Source: an uncultured delta proteobacterium (lineage in GTDB: Bacteria; Desulfobacterota; Binatia; UBA9968). Taken from it: DNA of 64,000 bases. Made by a program: the position numbers and the translations under genes. The stretch lies in the NCBI GenBank assembly GCA_963745035.1, contig CAVUVW010000014.1, positions 768,001-832,000 on the forward strand. Reading direction: 5' to 3'. Shown one piece after another: positions 1-9,936 of this stretch (its first letter is position 1; the number at the start of each line of letters is the position of its first letter). The notes under the pieces were generated by a model. That model was not told the DNA's origin, did not search any database, and worked only from the letters and a program-made list of their open reading frames with translations.

Positions 1-276
1 GAATTCGATCACCCTCGCGCATGACCACGCGATTTTCTCTCCTTCGCCGCTGATTCATGGGCCAAAACTATCACCGCGATATGCGCCAGGCAAATTTATT
101 CCTTATTCGCCGAAGCGCGCCACCCGCCGGGGGATTGGTCCACAGGGAGTCGTCGGTAGTCTTTCCTTGACAATCCGCCGGGCCTCCGGTAGCTCTCGCT
201 CAAAAACTTTTTAGTCCTTGTAAAGTTCTCGGAATCGGTGTTTAGAGATCGATAACTTCTCTTCTCGGAGGCAGCC

Positions 277-1221
277 ATGCGACTTGTCACCTTCTCACGC
301 AAGAACGAACAGCGGCTTGGATTGATGGGCTCGCAGGAACAGATCATCGATCTCGCCGAGGTTACTCGGCGCTACCTGAAAGGCGGCAGCCCGCCGTTCC
401 TGAAAAGCATGCAGGCGTTTATCGAAGCTGGCGGGAAGGCTGTGCAAGCCGCCCGAAAGGCGGAAAAGTACGTCGCGGGGAAAAGCGCCGACGACCAGAA
501 GAAGCTTCTGAGCGCCGGCGCGCTGGCAAAACCTGGTCAGGCGAAAATCATCTCGCCGATCCCGCTGCCGAAAAAAAACTGCGTGATGTTGGGCATCAAC
601 TACCGCGAGCACGTCGACGAGGGCGCGCGCGCGCGGGAGATCGAAATCAAATACCCCGAATGGCCGGTCTACTTTACCAAGCCATCGACCTCGGTCATCG
701 GCCATCTCGGCAAAGTCGTCAATCATAAATGCACGACCAAACTCGATTGGGAAGTTGAGCTCGCCGTAGTCATCGGCCGCAAGGGCCGCGATATTCCAAA
801 GGAAAAAGCTTACGATTATGTATTCGGCTACACCGTCTGCCTGGACATGACGGCGCGGGAATTGCAGCGCCAGCACGGGCAATGGTTCAAGGGCAAATCA
901 CTCGACACGTTCTGCCCTCTCGGGCCGTGGATCGTGCACAAGAGCGCGCTGTCGGACCCGCAGCAGGTGCGTCTGATCTGCCGGGTGAACGGCGAGGTGA
1001 TGCAGGACGGCAACACGCGCGATATGATTTTCGATATTCCGACGATTATCGAAAGCCTGTCGGCCGGCTTGACTCTCGAACCGGGTGATATCATCAGCAC
1101 GGGTACTCCCTCGGGTGTCGGCTTTGCCCGCGTGCCGCCGGTATTTCTCAAGCCCGGCGACAAAGTCGAAGGCGAAGTCGAGGGGATCGGCACTTTGGAA
1201 GTGGAAATCGTCGCGCCGTAA
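277..1221 (+). CDS. fumarylacetoacetate (FAA) hydrolase family protein
   Basis: 314 aa ORF with FAH motifs GINYREH, DWEVELAVVIG, GKSLDTFCPLGP, GDIISTGTPSGVG; GGAGG RBS upstream. Confidence 0.93.
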   Translation: MRLVTFSRKNEQRLGLMGSQEQIIDLAEVTRRYLKGGSPPFLKSMQAFIEAGGKAVQAARKAEKYVAGKSADDQKKLLSAGALAKPGQAKIISPIPLPKKNCVMLGINYREHVDEGARAREIEIKYPEWPVYFTKPSTSVIGHLGKVVNHKCTTKLDWEVELAVVIGRKGRDIPKEKAYDYVFGYTVCLDMTARELQRQHGQWFKGKSLDTFCPLGPWIVHKSALSDPQQVRLICRVNGEVMQDGNTRDMIFDIPTIIESLSAGLTLEPGDIISTGTPSGVGFARVPPVFLKPGDKVEGEVEGIGTLEVEIVAP

Positions 1222-1332
1222 AATGCTCCGCGCCTCCGCCGACCAATCGTGTTTTTCGCGGCGCGCAATGATGGCTTTGGGTCGCGCCGGTTTATTTGAC
1301 TTGCGAATATCGCTCTGTTAATTGTGCACTTC

Positions 1333-1422
1333 GATGCTAGGGGTGTCTGCGGCGCAGACTGAGAGCCTGTTAAGGTAACCCTTCGAACCTGATCCGGGTC
1401 GCACCGGCGTAGGGAAGCGTGA
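1333..1422 (+). promoter_or_regulatory. TPP (thi-box) riboswitch aptamer
   Basis: Consensus elements GGGGTG...CTGAGA...ACCCTTCGAACCTGATCCGGGT...ACCGGCGTAGGGAAG directly upstream of thiS-thiG-thiE. Confidence 0.93.
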
Positions 1423-1463
1423 GAGTCAAAGTCGCGTCCGGCGAACGCCGGCGAGACATACTT

Positions 1464-1514
1464 GAAACCGTATTCCCTGGCCACTTCCAGTGGTCCTAGC
1501 GGATACGGTTTTTT
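1464..1514 (+). terminator. intrinsic terminator (riboswitch expression platform)
   Basis: Inverted repeat AAACCGTAT(T)CC...GGATACGGTTT enclosing the inner hairpin GGCCACT/AGTGGTC, followed by a T-run just before the thiS ATG. Confidence 0.75.
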
Positions 1515-1521
1515 GACTTTA

Positions 1522-1725
1522 ATGAAGCTCATCATCAACGGCGAAGACCAAGAAGTGGCCGACGGCTTGAGCGTGGCGGGTCTGTTGGAGCAGCTTCAGA
1601 TCCGACCGGCGCGTGTAGTCGTGGAACGCAATCGAGATATCGTTGCGCGCGCCGCCTACGACTCTACGATGCTGGTCGCGGGCGACGCTCTGGAGATCGT
1701 TCACTTTGTCGGCGGAGGATCATGA
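1522..1725 (+). CDS. thiS: sulfur carrier protein ThiS
   Basis: MKLIINGE...[10 protein letters not shown]...[14 protein letters not shown]; ATG at 1522; upstream of thiG. Confidence 0.92.
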   Translation: MKLIINGEDQEVADGLSVAGLLEQLQIRPARVVVERNRDIVARAAYDSTMLVAGDALEIVHFVGGGS

Positions 1726-2499
1726 TGGAAGATTTTTTACGGATCGGAGAAGCCAGCTATCGTTCCCGGCTGATCGTCGGCACCGGCAAGTACAAAGATT
1801 TCGAAGAGACGAAACGGGCTATTGAAGTATCCGGCGCCGAGATCGTCACCGTGGCGGTGCGCCGGGTCAACATCACCGATCCGAACAAGGAAAATCTGCT
1901 GGACTATCTCGATCCGAAAAAGTTCACGATCCTGCCCAATACGGCCGGCTGCTACAACGCGGAAGACGCCGTGCGCACTTGTCGCTTGGCGCGCGAGGCC
2001 GGGGTCGGAAGTTTGGTGAAGTTGGAAGTCATCGGCGATGACAGGACGTTGTTTCCCGACGTTCCTGCCACCCTCGAGGCCGCCAAGATTTTAGTAAAAG
2101 AAGGTTTTACGGTGTTACCGTACATCACCGACGATCCGATCACGGCAAAAAAGTTGGAGGACCTTGGCTGCGCCGCGGTCATGCCGCTGGCGGCGCCCAT
2201 CGGCTCGGGCTTGGGCATTCGCAACCCGTACAATCTTCGGATCATCCTGGAGCATGCGAAAGTTCCCGTGATCGTCGACGCTGGAGTCGGCACCGCCTCG
2301 GATGCGGCGATCGCTTTGGAAATGGGCTGTGACGGCGTGCTGATGAACACGGCGATCGCCGGCGCCAAAAATCCCATTCTCGATGGCCGAAGCCATGCGC
2401 CTCGGGGTGGAAGCCGGCCGCAAAGCGTATCTCGCCGGAAGAATCGCCAAGAAGCTTTACGCGACCGCATCGAGTCCACTCGACGGCCTCGTGAACTAG
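1722..2499 (+). CDS. thiG: thiazole synthase ThiG (+1 frameshift at ~2382, probably a sequencing error)
   Basis: [44 protein letters not shown]; the conserved C-terminus [21 protein letters not shown]...ATASSP continues in another frame to TAG at 2497-2499. Confidence 0.93.
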
Positions 2500-2503
2500 C
2501 GTC

Positions 2504-3130
2504 GTGTCCGTTCCGGATTTCGACGTTTATCTCGTGACCGATCGCACGCAGACCCGCGGGCGCGATCTCCTCTGGGTCATCGAGCAGGCGCTCGACGGCG
2601 GCGTCCGCGCGGTTCAACTCCGCGAGAAGGACTTGGGCGGCGCAGAATTATTCGGCCTAGCCGAAAAAATCGGAGCGCTTTGCGAACGCTACGACGCCGC
2701 GCTGCTGATCAACGACCGCATCGACATCGCGCTTGCGGTCGATGCGGCGGGCGTGCAGCTCGGCAAGCTCTCGTTGCCGATCGGAACCGCGCGCGCGCTG
2801 CTCGGTCCGAATAAATGGATCGGCGCTTCCATCCATTCTGTCGAGGAGATTGGTCCGGCCGAGCAAGACGGCGCCGACTTTTTGGTGTTCGGCCCGGTTT
2901 ATTTCACCCCTTCCAAAGCAAGCTTTGGCGCTCCGCAAGGCGCGGCGGCTTTAAGAAGAATTGTGGACGTGAGCGCGATTCCGGTGTATGCAATCGGCGG
3001 CATCACAAGGAAAAATGTCACAGATGTGCGGGATGCGGGAGCCCGGGGCATCGCCCTGATTGCCGCGATCATTGGCTCGGCGCAACCGCGAGATAGTGCA
3101 CGCGCCCTCCTTCGCTCGTTCAAGGAATAG
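2504..3130 (+). CDS. thiE: thiamine-phosphate synthase ThiE
   Basis: [37 protein letters not shown] motifs. Confidence 0.93.
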   Translation: MSVPDFDVYLVTDRTQTRGRDLLWVIEQALDGGVRAVQLREKDLGGAELFGLAEKIGALCERYDAALLINDRIDIALAVDAAGVQLGKLSLPIGTARALLGPNKWIGASIHSVEEIGPAEQDGADFLVFGPVYFTPSKASFGAPQGAAALRRIVDVSAIPVYAIGGITRKNVTDVRDAGARGIALIAAIIGSAQPRDSARALLRSFKE

Positions 3131-3135
3131 TCACT

Positions 3136-3438
3136 ATGCACACGGCCCAAGAAGTCATTGCTTACTTGCAAGGAAGTCTGCTCGTATCATTGACGATCGC
3201 CTTCGTCGCGGGCTTCGCCGCTGCCAAAACCGTGGCCTATGAAGGCCGCTTCGGCGCGATCTTTTTCCTGGTGGTCGGCCTGCTCGGTTTATTCCTGGGT
3301 GAGTTCGTGATATTCAATTTCGAGTTCGACGATTATATCGAGCCGATCGCGGAACTTCGGCTTCTCTTTGATTTGATCGCCGGGTATATAGGCTCCTTCT
3401 TCGTCGCCACGATCGTTCACTTCATCAAGCCCACCTGA
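3136..3438 (+). CDS. small integral membrane protein, function unknown
   Basis: 100 aa with three hydrophobic segments; contiguous with thiE. Confidence 0.7.
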   Translation: MHTAQEVIAYLQGSLLVSLTIAFVAGFAAAKTVAYEGRFGAIFFLVVGLLGLFLGEFVIFNFEFDDYIEPIAELRLLFDLIAGYIGSFFVATIVHFIKPT

Positions 3439-3514
<76 letters not shown>

Positions 3515-3715
3515 GTTCTTTTCAAGTACTTGCAGTTCGGCCTCATCGGAGACCCTCCGCAAGGTTTCGGGGAACGTTTCGGGTTGAGCCTCTAAAAGTG
3601 CTCTCAGAGGGGCATCCCCATCATCTCGAATATGCCGACCATAGTTTCGCTCGATCATCTCGACGGAGGTCCCACATTGCTCAGCGAGCCACTTGATGTT
3701 GACACCCACGCCCCG
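3515..3715 (-). pseudogene. C-terminal remnant of a tyrosine recombinase/integrase
   Basis: GVNIKWLAEQCGTSVEMIERNY resembles the box II/catalytic Tyr end of phage integrases; adjacent to the tRNA 3' end; N-terminal part absent. Confidence 0.7.
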
Positions 3716-3789
3716 ATACAAAAGCAGCACTGCATTCCCACGCTGATGATCTTTTACCATTCTCAATTTCTAAAAATACGCGCCTACGT

Positions 3790-4173
3790 CCGGTGATCCA
3801 AAATGTCGGCACCATAGGACACGATGTGCCGGTGTGGGATATCGCCGATAAATTCGGCGACGACACGACGTTGCTCGTTACAAATATGCCATAGGGACGG
3901 GATCTTGCCCATTGCCTCGGCGGCAGTGCCCTCGCGCTAATGCGCGGGCATGGGTTCGTCTGTGTCGAGCGGTCGATCAAGGAACTGGTGCGCCTGTCAG
4001 TTTTTATTCCGCGTAATGCTCGCGTCCAGCTTGCGGCAATGCAGATGGGTGAGTACAAGGCCCTCTCGCAGGGAGAAATCGAAGCCCGTTTGAAATTAGA
4101 TATAAACTCATCGAGCATGATCCGAGGTTGGGAGTATTGGGCGCGGGAAGCTGGATGCAAACACTTGTTGTAG
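3790..4173 (+). pseudogene. class II aldolase/adducin family fragment
   Basis: VPVWDIADKFGDDTTLLVTNMP*GRDLAHCLG...ALMRGHG; in-frame TAG at 3892; 5' end missing. Confidence 0.7.
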
Positions 4174-4332
4174 AAAACTTCTCGCTTCGATAACAGAAAG
4201 TGGAAGTGGACGAACGGATTCAAAAGTTCGCCCAAGGCATCTTTTTAAGCGATGGGATCATTAACCGCGAAAACGCGCTTGTAAAACTCTGCTGTCATTC
4301 TCCGGCTCTGGGTACGTGAGGATATTGAGCGC

Positions 4333-4620
4333 GTTTCTAAATTAAATCACATTGCGCTTTATACTCCCGATTTTCAAAGCACGGCGAAGTTCTATTAGGT
4401 CGTGTTTGGGATGGAAGAACTCGGTCGTAGCGAGACCACTTTTGCCGAACTGATTTCTCTCAGCGATGGGTACATTGATTTTAGCGTCGTGGGTTTTAGA
4501 TCGCGCGAAATCGCCAAGCAAAGGCATTACCCCTCCAGCTTTGGTCTAAGTCACTTTGGATTTTTGGTTAATAACCGTTGATGCTGCGGCGGAGCGGCTC
4601 CGAGCGGCTGGCGCTTAGCG
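4333..4620 (+). pseudogene. VOC/glyoxalase family remnant
   Basis: Manual translation SKLNHIALYTPDFQSTAKFY*VVFGMEELGR...LSDGYID...GLSHFGFLV, then after a frameshift VDAAAERLRAAGA; in-frame stop at 4396. Confidence 0.65.
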
Positions 4621-4861
4621 GGTGGAAACCATTCCTACTGTCTCGGACAAGTGGAAAGGCTCGGCATAGAAGAAACCATAGAAAGCGGCATCGTTAAGCA
4701 GCGGAGATTCGCTGGCAAACAACCCGTTCGCCTGTAAATGCCAGTCCTGTCGCAGAATGACAGTTTTGAGCGTCATGTTGTCACTGCAAATAACTAGCGA
4801 ATTCCAAACCTTACCGCATGGATCGTCTTTTGCTCAAGGACACTTGGCAGGAGGAACGAAA

Positions 4862-5056
4862 ATGCCGCCACTGCCAAAAAGGGACGACCAAGCGAGGCTT
4901 CTAATCGATATCGCGGACGTGGGTGAAAAGAAGCGGAAATTAGAAGAGTACATCAAGACAATGGAATCGCTGAACAACTCTCTTCTGGAAAGCGCAGCAT
5001 ACCGGGATATCGAAGCCTATAAAAATCGTGCTCCGGTCGTAAAGCTGGCGCGTTAA
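4862..5056 (+). CDS. small hypothetical protein (64 aa)
   Basis: Strong AGGAGG RBS before ATG at 4862; helical, charged sequence. Confidence 0.5.
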   Translation: MPPLPKRDDQARLLIDIADVGEKKRKLEEYIKTMESLNNSLLESAAYRDIEAYKNRAPVVKLAR

Positions 5057-5377
5057 CTCGCCTGTGAATTCGGACCAGAAGGATCATTTCCTGCCGGTCG
5101 TCAATTCTCTGACTTAGCCCGAGTTTGCACAGGTAAAACGCAAGAGCCATCGACCATTCACAGTCAACAGGCTGACCTAATCAGGGAAGTGAAAGCCATG
5201 CGCAAAATCGTAAAGGAGCCGTTTGCCCCGAAGAGACGAAATAAGTCTCGCGTCAGATTGTGGCACACGCTCTTTGCCGTGCTCTCGCTGGTTTTCCTGA
5301 AACCTCACTAGACCGATTTGGTAATTTTATTTGCTTGAGCCGACGCTCACGTTCCAACCCTAACTAAGAGAAACAAT

Positions 5378-5548
5378 ATGCGCCCGATTTCTGACACGGA
5401 ACTCGAAACCCAAAAGGCTAATGCGTGTATCTGCCCACGATGCCACGATCGCATTCCTGAGCAGTTCTACTGCCGAGGCTGCGGATACGTACCGAATTGG
5501 CGAGAGAGTGTCTATAACGAAGATGATACACGCAGAGAAGCGGCGTAG
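5378..5548 (+). CDS. putative zinc-finger microprotein (56 aa, CPRC-x9-CRGCG)
   Basis: Manual translation MRPISDTELETQKANACICPRCHDRIPEQFYCRGCGYVPNWRESVYNEDDTRREAA*; below the ORF-track cutoff. Confidence 0.55.
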   Translation: MRPISDTELETQKANACICPRCHDRIPEQFYCRGCGYVPNWRESVYNEDDTRREAA

Positions 5549-5932
5549 GCATCCTGCTAAAGCAATTGCGGAGATTCCCCAGAAACCGTTCACTGGTTGA
5601 TGCGCCGAACGATTCGATTGAGTCCCGATGCGGAATGAAACGGAATAGGACGAGAGCATTCTACGATGAATGAAAATGACCAAGCAGCTTTGAAACAGGA
5701 CGAGAAAGTTTCTGACGGTTGCCAATCTCCATCCGACAAAACAAAGATCATTCCTCAACAACCAACGGAAGCCGTAGAGCAGCAGCCGCGTCCGTCAATC
5801 ATCAAGGGAAGATCCAGACGAAGGAAGCGGACGGTCATTATCAGATAACTCGCGTACCAGCAGCAAGGTTGTTCGGAGCTAGACCGTAATTCTCAAACAG
5901 TTTTTTTCAGTCGAAGCCCCCGGCCGGTAGCC

Positions 5933-6112
5933 CCGCAGAAATGGACGAACCTCTACATGAAGGTGTTGAGCAAGCTCGTTTCCGTTGGCGATGTGAAATT
6001 GCAGGTCCAAATCGAAGCTGTTCCCAAAGACGGCCTTACCGACCAACAAATCGAAGAAACGAAGGCGGCACTGCGAGGTCTTGGCTTAACCGATGAGGTC
6101 GAGAAGGAATGA
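5933..6112 (+). pseudogene. C-terminal remnant resembling DUF499-type ATPase
   Basis: PQKWTNLYMKVLSKL...GLTDQQIEETKAALRGLGL resembles the conserved C-terminus of DUF499 proteins as I recall it; no upstream coding region. Confidence 0.55.
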
Positions 6113-6717
6113 GCACCGTGCGGTGCTTGGAGGATGAGAGATGGCGGATGAGCGCGACTCAGCGAAGAACATTTTGTGCGTGGAGTGCTCTCCTGCACAG
6201 TGGGTCACTGAGCGTCACGCCCATGACCAGCACGCGAAAAAGCAAAAAAATACTGACGGAATACTGACGGGAGTAGAGGAAAACCGGAAAATCGCCTTAC
6301 TGCACGATCCGTCACTGGGCGTCACAAGCGTAAACGCCGCCGAAAAAAAGAGAATAGTGATGCCAGCCGAGGTAGGGCAGAAATGTGCCCTCGGTGCTCA
6401 TTTCCCATTGGCGAACACACTCGGAACGACCGCCGCCAATGCGGACTCGGCGCTCGTGTCACAATCCTGAGTGGCGGTGGTATCGAAACAAACCGGAAGC
6501 GGCACTAGATCCAGAATCAACAGTTGGCGTTTAAAAATCCCTCGGGACCGTGTCATTCTCTTCATAATTGCTCCTTCCAAAAATTACTTACGGGTTACTT
6601 GCCAGCCGAAAACAGCGGACTGTAACGGAGTTGACAGAACTGAAATTTTTCGAGAGGTTGGCGCTAACGGACTACAACGGAAAACAACGGAAATACCAGA
6701 TCGCATTAGGAGGAATC

Positions 6718-7848
6718 ATGTATCGGAGACCTGAAACCAAAGCGGCGGAAGAAAAAGTCTACAAGCAAAAACAGATCGGCGAGTTCATGACGACCTGGAA
6801 GGATTTTCCCAGGCCCGGTTTGGCCGCGTGGGCGGAGCGCCCGAAGGCGGGTTTGATGGGCACCGCGAAAAGCACGCGCTACACGCCGCGCTTTCGTCCC
6901 TTCGATATGCTCGCCATCCCCAACCAGTCGCTGGTGATCCTCGAGAACGAATATCATCGCATCGGCGTCGAGAGCGTCGTGGGCGTGCAGGACAGCTTCC
7001 ACCGCTACATCGATGCGGACATGGTCTATTTTCAATTTTGCGGCAGCAGCACCGTGGAAACCGAGTTCGGCGTCTACGAGATGGAGCCCGGCGATGTGAT
7101 GCTGGTTCCCGGCGGCATCGCCCATCGCTCGATTGGACGCAACGATAGCCTGCGCTACTTCTGTCAAAGCCACGAGGCGGTGGACTACGTGATGAAAGAG
7201 GACCAGTACACGAGCTTGACCAGCTTCGAGGTGCGGCGCATCGGCGGCCCCAATTGGACGGCACCGCAGACTGCGCCTGCGAAGGGACAGATCGTAGAGA
7301 AAATGCATTTCTGGGACGACCGGCCGGACGACCAGACGGTGGTGGAGCGCGATTACGAATCGCTCGTCGGCGTGGCGGGACTGCGGCGCGGCGAGCCGGG
7401 GAGTCACGTGCGTAAGCTGCGCGCGTTCGACCACTTCACGGCGATCGTCGGCAAGGGGCGCGAAGACGCCGGCACCCAGCCGCTGATGGAATCGGCCAAT
7501 ATGCGCATCCGCACCTACAACATGCAGGACGAGCAATTCGCCTTTCATCGCGCCTTGCGCAGCGAAGAAGTGCGGATTCAGTTCCGCGGCGACGCGCTCG
7601 ATCTCTCCGAGTTCGAAAACGTCGAAGTCTCCCCCGGCGAGATCACCATCATCCCGCTCGGCATCTCCCACAGCGTGATCAGCATCCCGCCGGAAGACGA
7701 GAATTTCCTGCGGCTAAACTTCTACAGCAAAGTGCGCTGGCACGTGCCCATCGATCCGACCAGGCACTATTTCGACAGCCGGTTTGAGATCAAAACGACC
7801 GTGCACAAGCAGGCCGAGTGGAGGGAGAAGCTGGCGGCGGCGCGGTGA
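6718..7848 (+). CDS. double-cupin protein, homogentisate 1,2-dioxygenase-like
   Basis: AGGAGG RBS before ATG 6718; two cupin repeats FHR...D/E...Q...G...PGD/E...P.GI.H. Confidence 0.65.
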   Translation: MYRRPETKAAEEKVYKQKQIGEFMTTWKDFPRPGLAAWAERPKAGLMGTAKSTRYTPRFRPFDMLAIPNQSLVILENEYHRIGVESVVGVQDSFHRYIDADMVYFQFCGSSTVETEFGVYEMEPGDVMLVPGGIAHRSIGRNDSLRYFCQSHEAVDYVMKEDQYTSLTSFEVRRIGGPNWTAPQTAPAKGQIVEKMHFWDDRPDDQTVVERDYESLVGVAGLRRGEPGSHVRKLRAFDHFTAIVGKGREDAGTQPLMESANMRIRTYNMQDEQFAFHRALRSEEVRIQFRGDALDLSEFENVEVSPGEITIIPLGISHSVISIPPEDENFLRLNFYSKVRWHVPIDPTRHYFDSRFEIKTTVHKQAEWREKLAAAR

Positions 7849-7959
7849 GTTGAAGAACGAAGCACACGTCGGTGTTGCCCGGTTTCGTTTCGACCTTTCG
7901 AGAATTCTCGAAACGTGGAAATGGGCTTGAAACTCGGCGTTGAACCTAGAACCCAGATG

Positions 7960-8022
7960 TTTTGAACCGCCCTGACGCTTTGAACGGAGCGCAGCGGTTG
8001 AACGGCTTGAACGATTTGAACG
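7960..8022. repeat. TTGAACG-based intergenic repeat, copy 1
   Basis: ttgaacggagcgcagcggttgaacggcttgaacgatttgaac; near-identical core at 9847-9900. Confidence 0.8.
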
Positions 8023-8037
8023 CCATTGATAGCCCCC

Positions 8038-9045
8038 ATGCCGATTCAGATTGACCGGAATAGAGCAGAGAATCTTGAGCCTCAATTCAACGAGGCGCTC
8101 GAACTTGTGCGCAACGAATTTGACGGGCTCGACGCACATCGCGGGTACCGAAACGCGTTCGCACGGCTGCTGAAACCGGATCCGCTTGGGCGGGTGCCGA
8201 TGATGGGTACCGACCAGCGCGAAATGTTCGTTCCCGAGCTGCGCCGCACCATAGAGATGTCGGTGCCTAAAGACGGTCACATCTTCGACTTCGGAGCAGG
8301 CGACGGTCAAACTTTCGCCTTAGTCGCGGATTCAGTGCCGCGGGGCACGCGCGTCTCCATCGAGGAACCCAATCCCGAATATCTCGCAAGCTATCGCGCT
8401 TTTCTAAAAACAAGGGCGCATTTGCGGCCCGGCATGGCGATGGAGGAAGAATTTGACGAGATCGATGCGGCGGCCGCGCGCTCGGGGGAAGACCTGCCGT
8501 CGGACGGCAGTATAGACCTCGCCCTCGCGATGCACATGATCTATTTCGTCAACGACTTTGCCGGCAGCATCGCGAGGATGGTGCGCTTCTTGAAGCCCGG
8601 CGGTGTGCTGTTCGTCGTGGTGACCGACGAAACCGTCGGCTATACCGGCCTCGCGCTGAAAAGTTTTATCGACCGCGGGGGCGAAACCGGCGACAACGCG
8701 CGGTATCTCTCCGTTATCGACGAACGCCGCCGCTTGCTGGAACTACCCGCGCAAGGCGGCGGTGCTATTGCCGCGGCGCTCGCTGCCGCGGGAGCTCCGG
8801 TGGAAATCAACGTGCGGCGCCAGCCGAGCCGACTCTACGGACACAGTCTCGCCGACCTGATCGCGCTCTCCTCGATTGCGAACCTCGCCAACGTCGAAGA
8901 CCTTGAAAAGTTCGAGGCCGCAGCTTCACTGCTGCGTCACAACCCTGAAGCCGCGGACCTGCGCATCGAAGACGACGGCCCCCGCAAAGGCATGTGGAGC
9001 GTCACCCAACCGCAATGGGTCGCAGTTCTTCGTCGGACGCGCTAG
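8038..9045 (+). CDS. class I SAM-dependent methyltransferase
   Basis: IFDFGAGDG motif I, EEPN, DLALAMHMIYF, LKPGG. Confidence 0.8.
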   Translation: MPIQIDRNRAENLEPQFNEALELVRNEFDGLDAHRGYRNAFARLLKPDPLGRVPMMGTDQREMFVPELRRTIEMSVPKDGHIFDFGAGDGQTFALVADSVPRGTRVSIEEPNPEYLASYRAFLKTRAHLRPGMAMEEEFDEIDAAAARSGEDLPSDGSIDLALAMHMIYFVNDFAGSIARMVRFLKPGGVLFVVVTDETVGYTGLALKSFIDRGGETGDNARYLSVIDERRRLLELPAQGGGAIAAALAAAGAPVEINVRRQPSRLYGHSLADLIALSSIANLANVEDLEKFEAAASLLRHNPEAADLRIEDDGPRKGMWSVTQPQWVAVLRRTR

Positions 9046-9049
9046 CAGG

Positions 9050-9469
9050 CTATCCGCCCATCGGCGGCATTTTGGGAAATTTGGTCAGCGCCGGATTCAT
9101 GTGATCCCAAGGCTGGGCACTCGATGTGAAGATGTCCAAGGTCGGCTGATACAGGCTCGGGTCATCGAGGCTCCCGGCCGTGATCATCGCGAGGTCCGGC
9201 ATTGCGCTGGTCTTTCCGAACAAACTCGAACCGCACTCCGGGCAAAAACCGCGACTCAACGTATTACCACTGTCCGCTTTGGTGTCGTAATACTTGACCG
9301 CACCCGTGATCTTTAGCGCCCCGGCCGGCAGTCCGATGTCAGGTTCATACGCACCGCCGCTTGATTTTTGGCAATCGCGGCAGTGGCAATTGCCCATGAA
9401 AATCGGATCGGCCGAACATTCGTAGCGCACGCGGCCGCACAGGCAGCCTCCGGCAAATTTGATAGCCAT
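9050..9469 (-). CDS. GFA (CENP-V/glutathione-dependent formaldehyde-activating) family protein
   Basis: GGCLCG, CHCRDCQK, FCPECGS Zn motifs. Confidence 0.92.
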   Translation of the reverse strand: MAIKFAGGCLCGRVRYECSADPIFMGNCHCRDCQKSSGGAYEPDIGLPAGALKITGAVKYYDTKADSGNTLSRGFCPECGSSLFGKTSAMPDLAMITAGSLDDPSLYQPTLDIFTSSAQPWDHMNPALTKFPKMPPMGG

Positions 9470-9846
9470 GGTTTTTACTCCTCGCTTGTCCGTCAATTCT
9501 CAGCACACTTTTACCGCCGATAGATCGAAAAATCGATGGCATCCACTTTCAACTCGACGGAGGCATGCAGCGAATCAGTGCCTATGCTGGGCCAGGACCA
9601 GCGTCGGGCGCTGATGCTTTCCATGCAGAGCCCATTGAGATACTGTTCATGACCTGGCCGTTATCGACAGATCGCCTCCAATCGCCGGCGCAGTTCGTTG
9701 CGGATCTTCCCCAAGTGCGAGACTCGTGATTATTGTCGGCACCAAACACGGCTCTCATTTTGAGATTTTGAGATTTCTCAAAACCCGCAGGCTCGCCCAT
9801 AAAACGGGGCTGCAGTCTGACGGCTCGAGCCGAGAAAGTGAGCGGG

Positions 9847-9900
9847 TCTGAACGACTTGAACGGAGCGCAGCGGTTGAACGACTTAAACGGTTTGAACCT
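9847..9900. repeat. TTGAACG-based intergenic repeat, copy 2
   Basis: ctgaacgacttgaacggagcgcagcggttgaacgacttaaacggtttgaac. Confidence 0.8.
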
Positions 9901-9936
9901 CGTTCTCTTGACCTGTTCCCTGTTGCCTATTTACAC

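Noticed and set aside
1-58. Possible start of a minus-strand gene (MNQRRRRENR...)
   Set aside because: Too little sequence in the window to support a call
6706-7671. Long antisense/alternate-frame ORFs (also 21281-22372, 51418-52434, 56297-57271, 45281-46114)
   Set aside because: Shadow ORFs of GC-rich genes with no recognisable motifs
7960-9900. TTGAACG repeats as a CRISPR array
   Set aside because: Units are ~9 nt, there are no unique spacers and no cas genes
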